Positions 39,119 to 52,990 of a stretch of DNA of 64,000 bases are shown here, piece by piece. Within the stretch, counting starts at the first letter, position 1, and every line of letters begins with the position of its first letter. Both the position numbers and the translations under genes were made by a program. The stretch is from Octopus vulgaris. Taxonomy: Eukaryota. Under the pieces are notes generated by a model. That model saw only the letters and a list, made by a program, of their open reading frames with translations, made no database searches and was not told where the DNA came from. The DNA is taken from the NCBI GenBank assembly GCA_951406725.2, contig OX597829.1, forward strand, positions 28,148,001-28,212,000, given 5' to 3'.

Positions 39119-40281
39119 CTGGCTGGTGTACCCAGTAATTCCCGGGAGTAAAGATGTTCTATTGAAACGCGTTATTACTCTGATATAAGAAAGCAATTTC
39201 ATATATAACTGCCACAAATGGTGTATTTTCCATCATGAAAAAGTACAAAAACCTGTCAGCTGGAGGAGAGAGAGATAGTTGGAGGTTGGCGATAAAGATT
39301 GTCAGATGTTGGTGAGAGAGGTTGTCGGAGGTTGGCGAGAAGCAAAGACATTATTCTGCTTAGTGAAGGCATCTGGGAAATGTATAACTGCTGTCATTCA
39401 CAGAAAAACTATTGTTTTACGGTGAGAAAAGTGCTGTTGAAGTGTTAAGTGAAATTTGGCAATCGAGGATCGAATCCACGCTATGCCTGCATGAAGCCAC
39501 TACAAATACATTGTGGGATAAAAAATTTATTTACTGTCATGGAAAAAGTGTAACTGTAAAAATGCAGAATTTTCAGTGTAATGAACATTCAAAAAAGTAT
39601 GTATGTATAGAAATGTATGAATGAAGTCTTTAAGGGTTAAGATTCAAATTAAGGAAGTGCAATAATAATGTTTAGCAGTTCAAAACTGTGAGTAGTGAAA
39701 TGCAGAATAAGGTCAGCTGATCATAAGAATCAAATATTGATCGCTTTGATAAAATCTGCAGGTGGTATGGCTTATTTCCCTTGGGTTGTTTAAATAAAAT
39801 ATTAGTAATATGTGGTAGATAGAAGGATCCATTGGAAGGGCCATATTATCGAATTTTTTTCAACAATCTAAGTATCTCATGAGGTTTCCAGACATGAGTT
39901 CTACTCACGTGTCAAAGTATAAAAGTGATATTTGCAAAAATTAGAAATAGGACACACAAAAAATCAATATTCAAAGTAATCGAACATAAACAATGAAATG
40001 GATTATTTCCTTTTAGTGTTTAAAAAAATATTGCATAAGTTCTATGAGTTATTTCCCTTGGGTGTGTAAATAAAAAAAATTACTTATATGAAGTAGATAT
40101 AAAGACCCCTTCCAGGAGTCATATTATCAATTTTTTTCAACAATCTAAGTATGTCATGAGGTTTCCAGACATGAGTTCTACTCAAGTCTCAAGTTTCATC
40201 AAAATCAATAAAACGATGTAGGAGGAGTTAGATAACAATGCCACAAACAAACACACACCGATTTTCCACATATGTAGTAGA
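39119..40281 (-). mobile_element. Non-autonomous Helitron-like element with internal ~280-bp duplication
   Basis: TC start, cccgggaattactggg hairpin near the 3' end; about 39765-39920 repeated at about 40045-40195. Confidence 0.7.
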
Positions 40282-40409
40282 TACATATATCATCATCATT
40301 TAACATCTGCCTTTCATACTGGCAAGGGTAGGACTGTTTCACAGGAACCAGCCAGACAGAAGCTGTGACTGTTTTAGCAGGATTTTTACAGCTGGATGCC
40401 CTACACAAA

Positions 40410-41935
40410 TCATGCAATATTTCTATAATTGAAATTTGTAAAGCACCTCACTCTACATAATGCAACCTTGCAGAATGCACATTAGAAACTTGTTTCAACT
40501 GACTGTCCACTGGGAGTTTTCCTTTTTTTAAAGAAGACATTCAACAACCTTTTGCAACTCCAGATATTTTCTAATTTATGGAGATTGACTAAATTTAAAG
40601 CCTGCCTCTAGCAGGCTTTAGTTTTTCTCCCAACAGTTATTTTTGTGGATGAAAAACCTGCCCTCAACTACATTGTTACATTTGCTCAGAACTTCAAGTG
40701 ACTGCATCACTTTCCGGCCCCTCCTGATTTTGTATATAGCATAAATGCATTAACAATATGCATATTTACTATATATATGAAACCAGGTACTGCCACCATT
40801 ATGCAGTCTACCAAATGGGTAATAGCTCATTTGATTCAGTTGATCTACACTACCCATGCACCTGTTATAATCGAGGTTCACAAATGGGATGCTATTTTTG
40901 TCTGTGAGGTTGTGCACAAGTAGATAGAAAATTGATTTGACTCTTATCTCTGTATGTGGCCACTAGCAAATTTCCTTTTTGCCGTTGGATTATTTCATCT
41001 CCTTTTAATTTTAGCTTCATTTTTTTTTTTAAAGCACCGTCCGTTCGTGGCCGTTTGCCAGCTCTGTCTGGCCCCGTGTCGGTGGCACGTAAAAGCACCA
41101 TCCGTTCGTGTCCGTTGCCAGCCTCGCCTGGCCCTCATGCCGGTGACACATAAAAGCACCATCCGTTCATGGCCATTTGCTAGCTCTGTCTGGCACCTGT
41201 GCGGGTGGCACGTAAAAAGCACCCACTACACTCACGGAGTGGTTGGCGTTAGGAAGGGCATCCAGCCGTAGAAACACTGCCAGATCTGACGAAGCCTTCC
41301 AGCTTCACAGACCCCAGTTGACCCGTCCAACCCATGCTAGCATGGAAAGCGGACGCTAAATGATGATGAATGGCATCCCTTTCCAACTTGCAGCCACTAA
41401 GTGACATGTATATGTTGCCACAGCTTCTAAATCTGCTGCAAGTTTAACCAAACTAGAAAATAGGTTTAAAAAATAATATACAGCCCTGGCTATTGTATGG
41501 CAGCAATAAAATCCAGACTATATCAAACAGTAGACCATGTTGGTTTGCATTTTACCTCTTTTCCCTGCATCAAAATCAAACCCACAGCAGTACCCAGTAT
41601 TTGCTTCACAAATCTTTCAAACTTTGAACCCCCATTTTGTGGGCTTTCTGGATATATAGTGTTGGAAATGTACTCAACCTTTATAGCCCACCATATCCTC
41701 ATTGACAGAGAGGCTTCCCCTTTTTTTGTAGAATGTTTTATATGCATTCTGAATGCTGTCAATGCGGGGGTCTTATTTTAAAAAAAGATTGATGTTTGGT
41801 TCTCCATGTATTGGTGTACTTCTAGTGTCTCTTACATGCACAAAACTGTGATAATTTTAAAAATTAATTCCTCATCATAGTACTGGAAACGTACTGGTCT
41901 CCAAAAGGTTCATCACTGCTCCAGTAGTTTGTAAT
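40410..41935 (-). pseudogene. piggyBac (PGBD4-like) transposase relic interrupted by an RTE-tail element (41032-41369)
   Basis: YNRCMGSVDQ motif, VNAFMLY, and C-terminal Cys-rich CAFCKVALCRVRCF. Confidence 0.75.
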
Positions 41936-43762
41936 TCTAGCAAACTTTATTTCCATGATCACCACCACCATTTAATGTCCATTTTCCATGCTGGCATGGA
42001 TTGGAAAGCTGCACGAGGTTCCAGTCAGTTCTGGCTTGGTTTCTATGGCTGGATGCCCTTCTTAATGCCAACCACTTTACATAGTGTGCTGGATACTTAG
42101 CATGTGGCCTGGCATGGTTGTTTTGTACATGGATTGGCACAGGTACTCTTTGCATGGTGCCAACACAGGTGGGTTTTTTGCGACACTGACATGAGTAAAT
42201 TTTTAAGATGGTACTGGCACAGGTGCTTTTTATATTGGCACCAACAAGGGGCTCTTGCAAAGGAAAGACTCCTTCAGCTGCAAGGGGAGAATTAACAATT
42301 CTGATGTGTTGGACAAGTCTTATTGAGTATATCAAAGCACCAAATGTCTCAGTCTTTTGCCGTCTCCTTCATATGACTCGGTGTCCTGAGATTAGAGCTT
42401 TGTCCTATGTCTGCCTGCATCTCCCTCTTCCATGAGTTCCATTCATTTTAAGTGATTGGCACTTCTTTATGCAGCTGTCTACATCACATGACCAAATCTC
42501 CAAAAATTCTCAAAGGTCAGATATCATGTCAAACAATGTCACATACTTTAACTCAATTGGTTACGTTTTCATGAGTGTACTAATGAGATTTGCACTGAAA
42601 TACTCATTTAAATATGAATAGGTTATTTCAAGTGTGTATGGGCGAGTTAGTAATAAAACGATTAGATAATTAGTAATAAAAAATCTGGTACAGGAATACA
42701 TGCAAAATAACAGGAAAACATACACATGATAGATGTAAACAAGCTCAAACACCACATCATTCATCAACCAAATATCAATGGAATTTCAACACCTATGATA
42801 ATATTCTTCAATTTGGTGTCAACAACAGACACTGCTAGTGTAGAAATAAGCAGACATGAATGACAAATACAAACAGGAAAAATGAGATAGGTACAGTAAC
42901 AAGAACAGAAAAATATAGCAAAGAAACAAAAAAGCAAGGTTTCAGATAATGAAACTCGTTACAATGGTCAATATGCAAAAACAGAAATGTTCCCGACAGT
43001 GTAATAGCAGCATTTGTAAACTAGCATTGTAGTTACACTGTAAGTGTACTTAGACTGATATAATCTTTTACTGGTTTCAGTCATGTGACTGTGGCCATAC
43101 TGGAGCACCACCTTTAGTCGAGCAAATCGACCCCGGAACTTATTCTTTGTAAGCCTAGTACTTATTCTATCGGTCTCTTTTGCCGAACTGCTAAGTTATG
43201 GGGACATAAGCACACCAGCATCAGTTGTCAAGCAAAGTTGAGGGTACAAACACAGATACACAAACACATACATATATACGACAGGCTTCTTTCAGTTTCT
43301 GTCTACTAAATCCACTCACAAGGTTTTGGTTGGCCTGAGGCTATGGTAGAAGACGCCCAAGGTGCCATGCAGTGGGACTGAACCCGGAACCATGTGGTTG
43401 GTAAGCAAGCTACTTACCACACAGCCACTCCTATGCCTATATATGTACATAAGCTTTGTAAGTACTCATGGGTAAGTTTGGGAGAATAGGAAACTAGAAT
43501 AGTAAACTGCAAATAAATCAGCAGAAAACAATGACAATGGCAAACCAGTGCTGAATCTTTCCCAAGAAAAATCATGAATCTTCACACTTTGGTGTGGGAG
43601 TTCATTATCACTAATTCCTCTAAGACAGGAACAACACATGGAGAGAAAGAGAGAGACAGAGAGAAAAGCAAACAGAGACAGAGAGACAGGCAGAAAGAGA
43701 GGCTGAACAAATTATAGCTACAACTTGAGCTGCTGCTTAAAAAATATTACACAGATGCAAAC

Positions 43763-43870
43763 CTTAATTCGGTCATCAAATTTATATTTCTTTATAATAT
43801 TTTCTTGTATCTGACACAGAGTTTTGTCTATTTCAACACCTTCAATATTTGCGTTGGTGAAAAGGTAAGC
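43763..43870 (-). CDS. Exon 5 of the methyltransferase-fold gene
   Basis: AG/GT, phase 0-0; AYLFTNANIEGVEIDKTLCQIQ...DDRIK (acidic beta-2 motif GVEID). Confidence 0.92.
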
Positions 43871-46386
43871 CTGTATGAAAATATAAAAAGAAAAATTAAT
43901 ACGCAGCCATTTTCTTTCTTTAGTGTTCAATATGGTTGCTGTATACAATCAGATATCGTCTACTTTGATATGATACTCCCCAATACAAATCTGATATTTG
44001 CAGCTAAAAATCAGATCTATATTCTATCAGTTCAAAATGAAACTAGCACAAACTACAACCAGAAACTGTTTTGATGGGAAAACTACTTACTAAATATAAC
44101 AATAAAATTCCACTTGTCTTTTATCACAGCCATTAAAGATTACACAAAATAGTATGACACCAATACTTTATGACACAAACAAATCTAGTTGACTCAATCT
44201 ATAGTAACCTATTCATAATATTCGTTTCAAACTTTGGCACAAGGCCAGTAATTTTGGGGGAAGTGGGTAAGTCAATAAGATCAATCCCAGTGACTAACTG
44301 GTACTTATTTTATTGACCCCCACAAAGGATGAAAGGCAAAGTTGACCTCAGAAGAATTTGAACTCAGAATGTAAAGACGAATGGAATGCAACTAAGTATT
44401 TTACCCAGCATGCTAACAATTCTGCCATCTCGACACCTTCATTCATTCATAATACTGAATAGGTTTATCCCATCTATCTATCTTCTATTCATGGGAAGGT
44501 CGTTGAGGTCAGAGTCCCTAGGTACCTCTTCCATAGGGTCCTATCAAAAGCAATTGTCAGACTTTCTAGCTGGATTTCCAAGCTTGGCAAACTGAGACTA
44601 AGGATATTGTTTAACTATCTCATTCTTGATCTACCCCTAGGTATCCTACTGGTTAGCTCAGCTTGGAGAACAGATTTATAATTCTGCATATTTCAGAAGA
44701 TACATCAGACCCCAACAATTATTGGCACTCTACAGACATCAGGTGGGGCCCACAAGGGAATATTGCTCTCACATATGAAATGATACTGCTGCTATGTTCA
44801 AATATTCTAGACCATACCAAGAAAAGGGCCACTTCAATGACTGGCATAAAGAAACTCAAGTAAACTCCAGCCTCTTGATACATCACAAGGCTTGAAGTAT
44901 TCTCTGTAAACTGAATTAGTTCAATGACTGTAATCAATGTTTGCTATACCATACTTGCTTCAGTTAGAATTTGTTGAGGTGGATTTTCTACAGCCAGATG
45001 TTCTTTACGTTGCCCTACACCCACTTTTTTCCAAGTTGGGTAATATTTCCCCATGACCAGCCATGTTTTATTTTCAAGCTGACAGGAAGCAAATGACATT
45101 ATTTGTATGATGGTGATATCCATTCATAACCATTGTGTAACATGAAGGTGACCACAAATACACATACAATGAGCTTTCAGTTTCCATCTACTACATTCTC
45201 CCACAAGGCTTAGATCAGTCCAGAGCTATAGTACGAGACACTTGCCCAATGTACTGTGCAGCATCACTGAACCTAAAACCACATAGTTTGAAGGCAAGTT
45301 TCACAACCACACAACCATGTCTGTGCCTTATATACCAACTATAGTCAACAACTTCACAATGGCTCTGTTATTATTTAACCTTTAGCATGCTTAGGTGCAT
45401 CATGTCACCATACAAGTTTTCACCCCTGTAACCGCTAGCACATTGTGTCACACTGAGATGAGAGAAAACTTGCATGGCAACATGATGCACATACAGTGTG
45501 TTAAAAGTTACACAATCCCATGTCTAAAGTGACCACTTAACCCTTTTTATACCAAGTTGCCTGACACTACCCTTGTTTCTATGACACAAATTTTCTGTTA
45601 TAAAAGTAATCTAAGGCTAAAATCTTTCATCAAACTTTTGTATTAATTTATGTTCCAGACACCAGCTTAATAATGACAATGTTATTTCCTAGATTCCTCA
45701 ATATTTTCAAAATTAATTGCAACAAAAGCAATGCATTTTAACACAAATATAGTAACAAAAGGTTTAAACCATTAGAAGAAAAGAAGTACTTTTGGCTGAG
45801 AAAAGGGAAGAGAAAGAAAGACAGAAAGAGAGATTACACATGAGTAACTTCAATGTATTTTGTTGAGGTGAACTATTTCCAAGAAAATTTATCAGAGGGA
45901 CAATTTTGCTTGTTATCTGAGCCATAAAGAAGCAGTGGTAGAAACATAATGATCTTGATAATTATAATTATAGTTCAAAGGAATGACTAAATTTATCATT
46001 CAATTAAAAAGGAACATTTTACTTCAATTTTTTTAAATAAGCAAATGCCTTCACAAAAATTTCATTTTTGTTTGTTTTCAACGGTTGAACTTGAAGTTGT
46101 ATAAAGCTATAAATAATAGTGTATAAATATTGGGTTAAATTTTCTTTGGATAGAAAAAGTCAAAGGCTACCAATGGGACACTGAACCCACATCTATAAAC
46201 ATTACAGACATTCTTGCCATTGGACAAGCAGCCTTCAACTTTCCTATCCAAAGGGATTTTTAGCCCAATATTTACATGCTAGTATTTATAGCACAATCTA
46301 CTTTGAGTTCAAATGTTGAAAACAAACTATTTCATGTTCTCTTCAAGTTTCTAAATTCTTATGAAGTAAATTATACTTTTACTTAC

Positions 46387-46508
46387 GCCATACAATATTG
46401 CACCAAGTCGTGATCCAATGTCAAGAAGATTTTTACCAGAAATGTCAGGCAGTAAGAAATCAAATATATATCTGATTTGTGCTGTTGATGCAGAGTGAGT
46501 CACCAGAG
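46387..46508 (-). CDS. Exon 4 of the methyltransferase-fold gene (SAM-binding motif I)
   Basis: AG/GTaagt, phase 1-0; TLVTHSAS...GKNLLDIGSRLGAILYG. Confidence 0.93.
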
Positions 46509-46740
46509 CTATTCAGGAATTAAAAAGAAAGTATGCAATTAAAAATTTAATATAAAAATATGCAATTAAGTTTTGTGAAAATACGTAAAAATGATTTAAT
46601 TTTTTTCCACTGTTTTATATCAAATTTTCCCCCTTACTTGCAATAATGGAAATGCCTTATTTGTTGGAGAAAATAATTTTTTTTCTACAACTAAAAGGCT
46701 TATATATCAATCTGTCTAAGCTTATATATACAACTGTGAA

Positions 46741-47128
46741 GTAGGAAATTGGATGGAAGCACTCTGTCGGTTACGACGACGAGGGTTCCGGTTGATCCGA
46801 ATCAACGGAACAGCCTGCTCGTGAAATTAACGTGTAAGTGGCTGAGCACTCCACATACACGTGTACCCTTAACGTAGTTCTCGGGGATATTCAGCGTGAC
46901 ACAGAGAGTGACAAGGCCGGCCCTTTGAAATACAGGTACAACAGAAACAGGAAGTAAGAGTGAGAGAAAGTTGTGGTGAAAGAGTAGAGCAGGGATCACC
47001 ACCATCCCCTGCCGGAGCCTCGTGGAGCTTTAGGTGTTTTCACTCAATAAACACTCACAACGCCCGGGTCTGGGAATCGAAACCGCGATCCTATGACCGC
47101 GAGTCCGCTGCCCTAACCACTGGGCCAT
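46741..47128 (-). mobile_element. Young tRNA-SINE, same head as 6088 but with a different tail
   Basis: CpG-rich; head is the reverse complement of 6095-6280. Confidence 0.85.
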
Positions 47129-48202
47129 TAGGAAATTAGGTGTGTGTTCAACCAAGCGTGATATTGAACCTTCATAAGGTGTACAACTTAATGGACAACC
47201 TTGAACTCAGTCTTTGCTTTACCAGTCAAATAAAAAAATAAAGTCTTATAACAAAATAATGAAGATGGAAAGCTTCTTAAAATGTGAAAAGGGAAAGTTT
47301 ACTTTATATATTTCAGGCAAAGAGGCCATGTTGAGTGTTGAAGACAACACCAAACATGGCCGGATCTACATAGACTAACATTTCTTTATTCCATTCACTT
47401 CTAATGATGGGTTAGACGGGATACATTGAGGCAGATTTTCTTTAGCCGGATACCCTTCCTGTTGCTAACCATCACCTGTTTTCAAATAAGGCAATATAAT
47501 ATTTCCCCTTGGCCAGACAAGGTTTTCATGGAAGACTGGAAAATGACATAACTTGAATAATGATAACAGCTGCTTACAGGTATTAACACACATATACAAC
47601 ACACATATGATATATGTTGAGTTTCTTTCATTATAAAAAATCCACTCACAAAGCTTTAGTTGGGCCAGGGCTATGATTGAAGACATTTGGCTAAGATGTC
47701 ACACAATGGGACTGAAACTATGCGATTGAAAAGTAAACTTCTTAACCATACTGCTATGTCTGTGTCTTACATATAGAAAATAGGTACATACAATGGGTGT
47801 TCAGGATGAACTAAACTCTAGCATTAGGTGCAGGGATACAGGGTCCTGCTAAATAAGAATTGGCCAGAGGCAATGTATTGGTTAAGTTGATGTAGGTACA
47901 ATAAAACGAAAGCATTTCTGGCATACACCTTCCTTCTACTTAAATGTTATGGAAATTGCTGAAACAATTCTTTAGCATTATTAAACCAAGTTTCTCCCCA
48001 CAACATAAGTATCAATTGATATTTATCTTGTCCATAATTAAACCATCTTGCTCAGCTACACTTATTACATGATCAATTGTAACAAATTCAGTCATTATAA
48101 CTTGCATAATTTTAATAATTATAACTCTGGTAAAAAAAAAAAAAACTATATTAATAACAAGGTGAACATTGGCAAGAGTATCCAACTTAATGGGAATAAT
48201 CA

Positions 48203-49430
48203 TAATACTATAGGCAGAAGATTTGAAATTTTGAGGGGGAATTACATTGACTTCAGTGCTCAACTGGTACTTTATCGAACCCCAAAAGAATGAAAGGCTA
48301 AGTCAATTTCGGCAGAATTTGAAGTCAGAATGCAAAGACATGAAATGATGCTAAGCATTTCATCCAGCATGCTAACAATTCTGCCATCTCACTGCCTAGT
48401 AATAATAACTCTAGCAACAATAACAACAGTAATAATAACGATAATAAAAAGAAAAGAAATAATAAGATTAATAAGAATGATCACAAAAACAACAGCAATA
48501 ATAATTCTTTCTACTAAAGGCACAAGGCCTGAAATTTGTGGAGGAAGGGCACTAGTTGATTACATCGTCCCCAGTGTTCAACTGGTACTTATTTTATCAA
48601 CCTTGAAAAAAAAAGATGAAAAGTTAACCGCAGTAGAATTTGAACTCAAACCAAGAAGATGAATAACAATGCTGATAAACATTTTGTCTGGTGTGCTAAG
48701 GATTCTGCCAACTCGCAACTTAATAATAATAACCTTTTCTACTAAGGTACAAGGCCTGAAATTTTGAGGGGGGGGGGGGCTAGTTGATTATATCAACCCC
48801 AGTGTTTCACTAGTACTTAATTTATCAGCCCTGAAAGAATGAAAGTCAAAGTTGACCTCAGTGAAATTTGAACTCTGAACGTATCAACAGGCAAAATACC
48901 ACTAAGCATTTTGTCTGGTGTGATAACAATTCTACCAGCTCACTGCCTTAATAATAATAATAATAATCCTTTCTATTGGAAGCATAAGGCCTCAAATTTG
49001 GGGGAAGGGATTAAGTTGATTATGACAACCCCAGTGCATAACTGGTACTTATTTAATCAACCCCAAAATAATAAAAGGCAAAGTCAACCTCAGCGGAATT
49101 CCCACTCAGAAGGTAACAGCAAAGGAAATACTGCTAAGCATTTCATCCAGCATGCTAATGATTCTGCCAGCTCGCCACCTTAATAATAATAGTAATAATA
49201 ATGATCCTTTCTAACAAAGGAACAAGGCCTGAAATTTGGGGGTAGGGAACTAGTTGATTACGTCAACCCCAGTGTTTCACTGGTACTTAATTTATCCGTC
49301 CTGAAAAGATGAAAGGTGAAGTCTACCTCAATAGAATTTGAACTCAAAACATAGCCACGGTCAAAATACCACTAACCACTTCATCCAGTGTGCTAATGAC
49401 TCTGCCAGCTTACCACCTTAACCTAATAAT
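48203..49430 (-). repeat. Head-to-tail array of five ~230-bp tRNA-SINEs (Meta/MESC-like domain) with (TTA)n tails
   Basis: Units begin at about 48203, 48497, 48722, 48950 and 49181; gcctttcatcctttcggggtcgataaa..gtaccag-like domain. Confidence 0.85.
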
Positions 49431-49505
49431 AATAAGATTGATAACAATCAAAGCAAGAGAAAATATAAATGTTGAGATGATGAAAAAAATATACAAATTA
49501 CTTAC

Positions 49506-49647
49506 TTAAAGGTTTAATATTCCTGGAGAAGCAATCACTACAGTAATGTAGATGTATTTTTCCATCCTCTCCTAAAGAATTCATATCTTCTTCATCATAA
49601 AGAAACGCATCTATATATGCTGTTGTCTGGGATGTGCAATCAGCATT
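49506..49647 (-). CDS. Exon 3 of the methyltransferase-fold gene
   Basis: AG/GTaagt, phase 0-1; NADC..YIDAFLYDEED..GKIHLHYCSDCFSRNIKPL. Confidence 0.93.
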
Positions 49648-49886
49648 CTGTATAAATATAATTACACAGTCAATTAATTATATATATATTCATGCTTTTT
49701 ATAATAATTACTGGTATCCTTATATATTACTATATTTTATATCTTATATGTAAAGAATAATATGTTATATCTATGTATATTATTGTAATTATCAGTTTAG
49801 TAAATAAATAAGTTAACATAATATAATGTCTAAAAGTTGATGAACCACCTAATGTTCTCCTCCATTTTCTTATTGCTATTATATTG

Positions 49887-49932
<46 letters not shown>

Positions 49933-51274
49933 TTGTGTGTGTGAACATTTTACCAACAAACTTTATAAGTACCGAGTATGTTAGTAGTTTACACTTAAGA
50001 AAGTAAATTTCAAATTCAGCATAGCTGTGAAAACAGCAAAGAAAGATTGGGTATTTACCCGTAGAAGACAGAAAAAAAAAGTTGTCAGCAGGCAGGTACA
50101 GAGAATCAAAATCTGTACCTCTCAGGTACTGGTTGAGTGCTCTGTACCATTAAGCTAATATACCCCTCCCCTTTGAAACACTTCCTTTTGACATCCAGCC
50201 CTTATTCTGAAAATCATTCTTTCCCACTTCCCCCACCCACTGATCACCCTTTCTGTGTCATCAGTCATCTAAACTACATCTTCTTCACAGCCACACCCCA
50301 TTCTTAACACTATCTCATACCTGCCATCAACATCTACCCCCACCAAATATGCCACTGATACTTCATCTATCTCTGTCACCATTACGTTGCTCAAGCCACT
50401 CTTATAACCTTTACTTATCCATCCCAACTTACTATCTTACCAACATCATCAACATTTAACATTCATTTTCCATGCTGGCATGAATTGGATGGTTCAACAG
50501 GAACTGAGAAGGCCAAGGGCCACACCAGGTTCCATTTTCGCTTGATTTCTCCTGCTGGATACCCTTCCTAATGCCAACCACTCCAGAGCCTAGTGGATGC
50601 TGCTTATGTGACACCAGCATCTGCTGCTCTTCACCCTTTCTGTATTCCCTCCTCCACCCTGAGTCACTTCTATATTTTCATCTTCCTGATTTTGTCCCCC
50701 ACTCTCTTTTATTCATGTTACTTGTACCTTAAAAATATTCCCTGACACCTTGTCACCATTATTTTTATCCCTCTTTCCTGTTCCATCCCAATTTCCCCTA
50801 CCTTTATATAATGCAGAGCAGTCATATATCTCTCCTGTAACAACAAACTTGATTCTGTCTCTCTATCATACTTTAGCCTCTTAACACTTTGGATTAAGCC
50901 ATTTCTCTCTACTGTATTCCCAAATAATGTTCTTTGTCTAACCTTCTGTGGAAACATGTCTGGCCAAGGGGAAATATTACTTTGCATGGAAGCATGTGAG
51001 GGCTGGTAACAGGAGGGCATCCAGCCTTAGAAAATCTTTCTTCTTTAAGAACGATGCCTAAAATGTGGACAAATGGGGTGTGTCTAGTTGACTATACCAA
51101 CCCCAGCACTAAACTGCTACTTATTTTATCGACCCCACCCCCAAAGTCGAACTCAGTGAAATTTGAAATAAAAATGTAAAGAGGGGCAAAATGGTATCAA
51201 GCATTCTGCTTGGCATGCAAACAATTTTGCCAGCTCACTGCTTTAACGGTAATAACAACAACAACAACACTTAC

Positions 51275-51399
51275 AGGACCCACTTCAGGAGGAATTATGC
51301 TTTCAGAAGGAATAACACCATTAACAGGGACAATTTTTCGTAGCTCTTCTCGAATGCTGTCCAGAATTACCATAGAATTATTTTGCTGGTCATAAACAT
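51275..51399 (-). CDS. Exon 2 of the methyltransferase-fold gene
   Basis: tttatAG/GTaagt, phase 1-0; DVYDQQ...LRKIVPVNGVIPSESIIPPEVGP. Confidence 0.92.
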
Positions 51400-51501
51400 C
51401 TATAAAATTCAAAATACACATTTCTGATAAGAAATATTGGAAGTTATAAAAACTTCAAAACTCAATTTTAGTACAGTTCTATATTTAAGAGATGAGGAAT
51501 T

Positions 51502-51795
51502 ATGAACATTATTTACATTTGGCGGATATTTGGGCTCATCTTGTTTGTTGTGAACACAACAAACAAGATGAGGACATATGGCGTGGTGGTTACTAACCCC
51601 AAGATTCTGAGTTTGATCCCAAGCAGTGACCTGAACAACAATAATAATAACATTGAAAAGTACCTTGGGAATGAGAACCCAAGTTCGAAATTTCCCCAAG
51701 ACACCTGATGAAGGCTGGAGAGTACATCAGCCGAAATGTTGTGTTAACAACAAACAAGATGAGGACAGATATCCGTCAAATGTAAATAATGTTCA
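51502..51795 (+). mobile_element. ~295-bp inverted-repeat-bounded Penelope-like mini element
   Basis: About 58-bp inverted ends (tgaacattatttacattt.../...aaatgtaaataatgttca); internal hammerhead. Confidence 0.7.
51701..51743 (+). ncRNA. Minimal hammerhead ribozyme motif
   Basis: ACAC-CUGAUGA-A-GGCUG-loop-CAGCC-GAAA-UG-UU-GUGU. Confidence 0.7.
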
Positions 51796-52954
51796 ATTTT
51801 AATAGAATACAATAATCCATGCAAACTTGAAGTATCCTCATTTATTAAGCTTTGGCATCATATCAAAAATTAATTACAGGTTCAAACCAAAACTATGAAG
51901 AGATTTTTTTCTATAATTAAAATCCAATATTTCTAAGTAACATAATATTTTTTCTTTTTGTGATGATTATAAACACTAACTTTTTTTGTTGCCATATCTC
52001 TGTTGGAACAAACACTGCCATTGTTTTATTTAATTTTTAAAACGATGAAGAATTTAGTAAAATAACTTTGTTGTTGTTAAGGTTTTGTTTAGAAAAAAAT
52101 AACATGGAATTTGGATGGAAGGTTTTAATTTTGATCACCAACCATTAAATATATAACAAAAGCAGTATATTTCTGTTGAAATATACTGCCTTTATTTCAG
52201 TTTTTAAAATAATGAAGAATTTAGTAAAAAAACTATGCTATTATTAAGCTAGTGTTTGGAACATAAAGTGAAATTTTGATAGACAGTTTTAATTTAGATC
52301 AATTTAAAACAGGAAGTTTGTATCATGGAATTAGAGCAGTCTTGGAGAGAATGAAAGAAGCCCATTGTGTGTGTGTGTGCATGCATTATCTTGACATCTG
52401 ATAATTGCAAATGGGTATCTCCGTCATGTGAAACCACTTGTTCAAGTCATTGATGCAATTTTATACCAATTGCTATTTTTACTTTTTTTTTATGTTACGA
52501 TTACATTATACTTTAGTTTGATTTTAATTATTACTTACTACATATAATTCAATTGTTATTATTATCTCTAATTTTTATTGTTAAAGTGAAAGTATCTGAC
52601 ATAAAATAGAGAAACGTTTTTGTTTCACTTTTAACACATAATACTGAAATAGTGGAGAAGATATGATATTGCTATGGGCTCACCCTAGGCAAGAAGTTGA
52701 ACATTTTTTTGCCCATGAAACTACATGGACCCTAAGTAAGGCATGTGTAAAATTTGAATGAAATTAGTTGTGTAGCTCTCAAGTTTTAGGGAAACACACA
52801 GACAGACATTCTCAGTTTTATATATAGAGAGAGATATATATATATACACACATACAAACGTAATCACAAATGCAAAACTAGATGGAAAACATAGTACACA
52901 AATACTGAAGGTAGAATAATATGCTTTTATTAAAACCAAAAAAATCTTCACAAA

Positions 52955-52990
52955 CTGTTACTTAGTTTTACGTTGCCGTTCGTCGGACAG
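52955..52990 (-). ncRNA. Degenerate minimal hammerhead
   Basis: CUGU-CCGACGA-ACG-GCAA-CGU-AAAA-CUAAG-UA-ACAG; all three stems pair; two core changes. Confidence 0.55.

Noticed and set aside
48203-49430. CRISPR-like array
   Set aside because: Eukaryotic SINE units with no unique spacers and no cas genes
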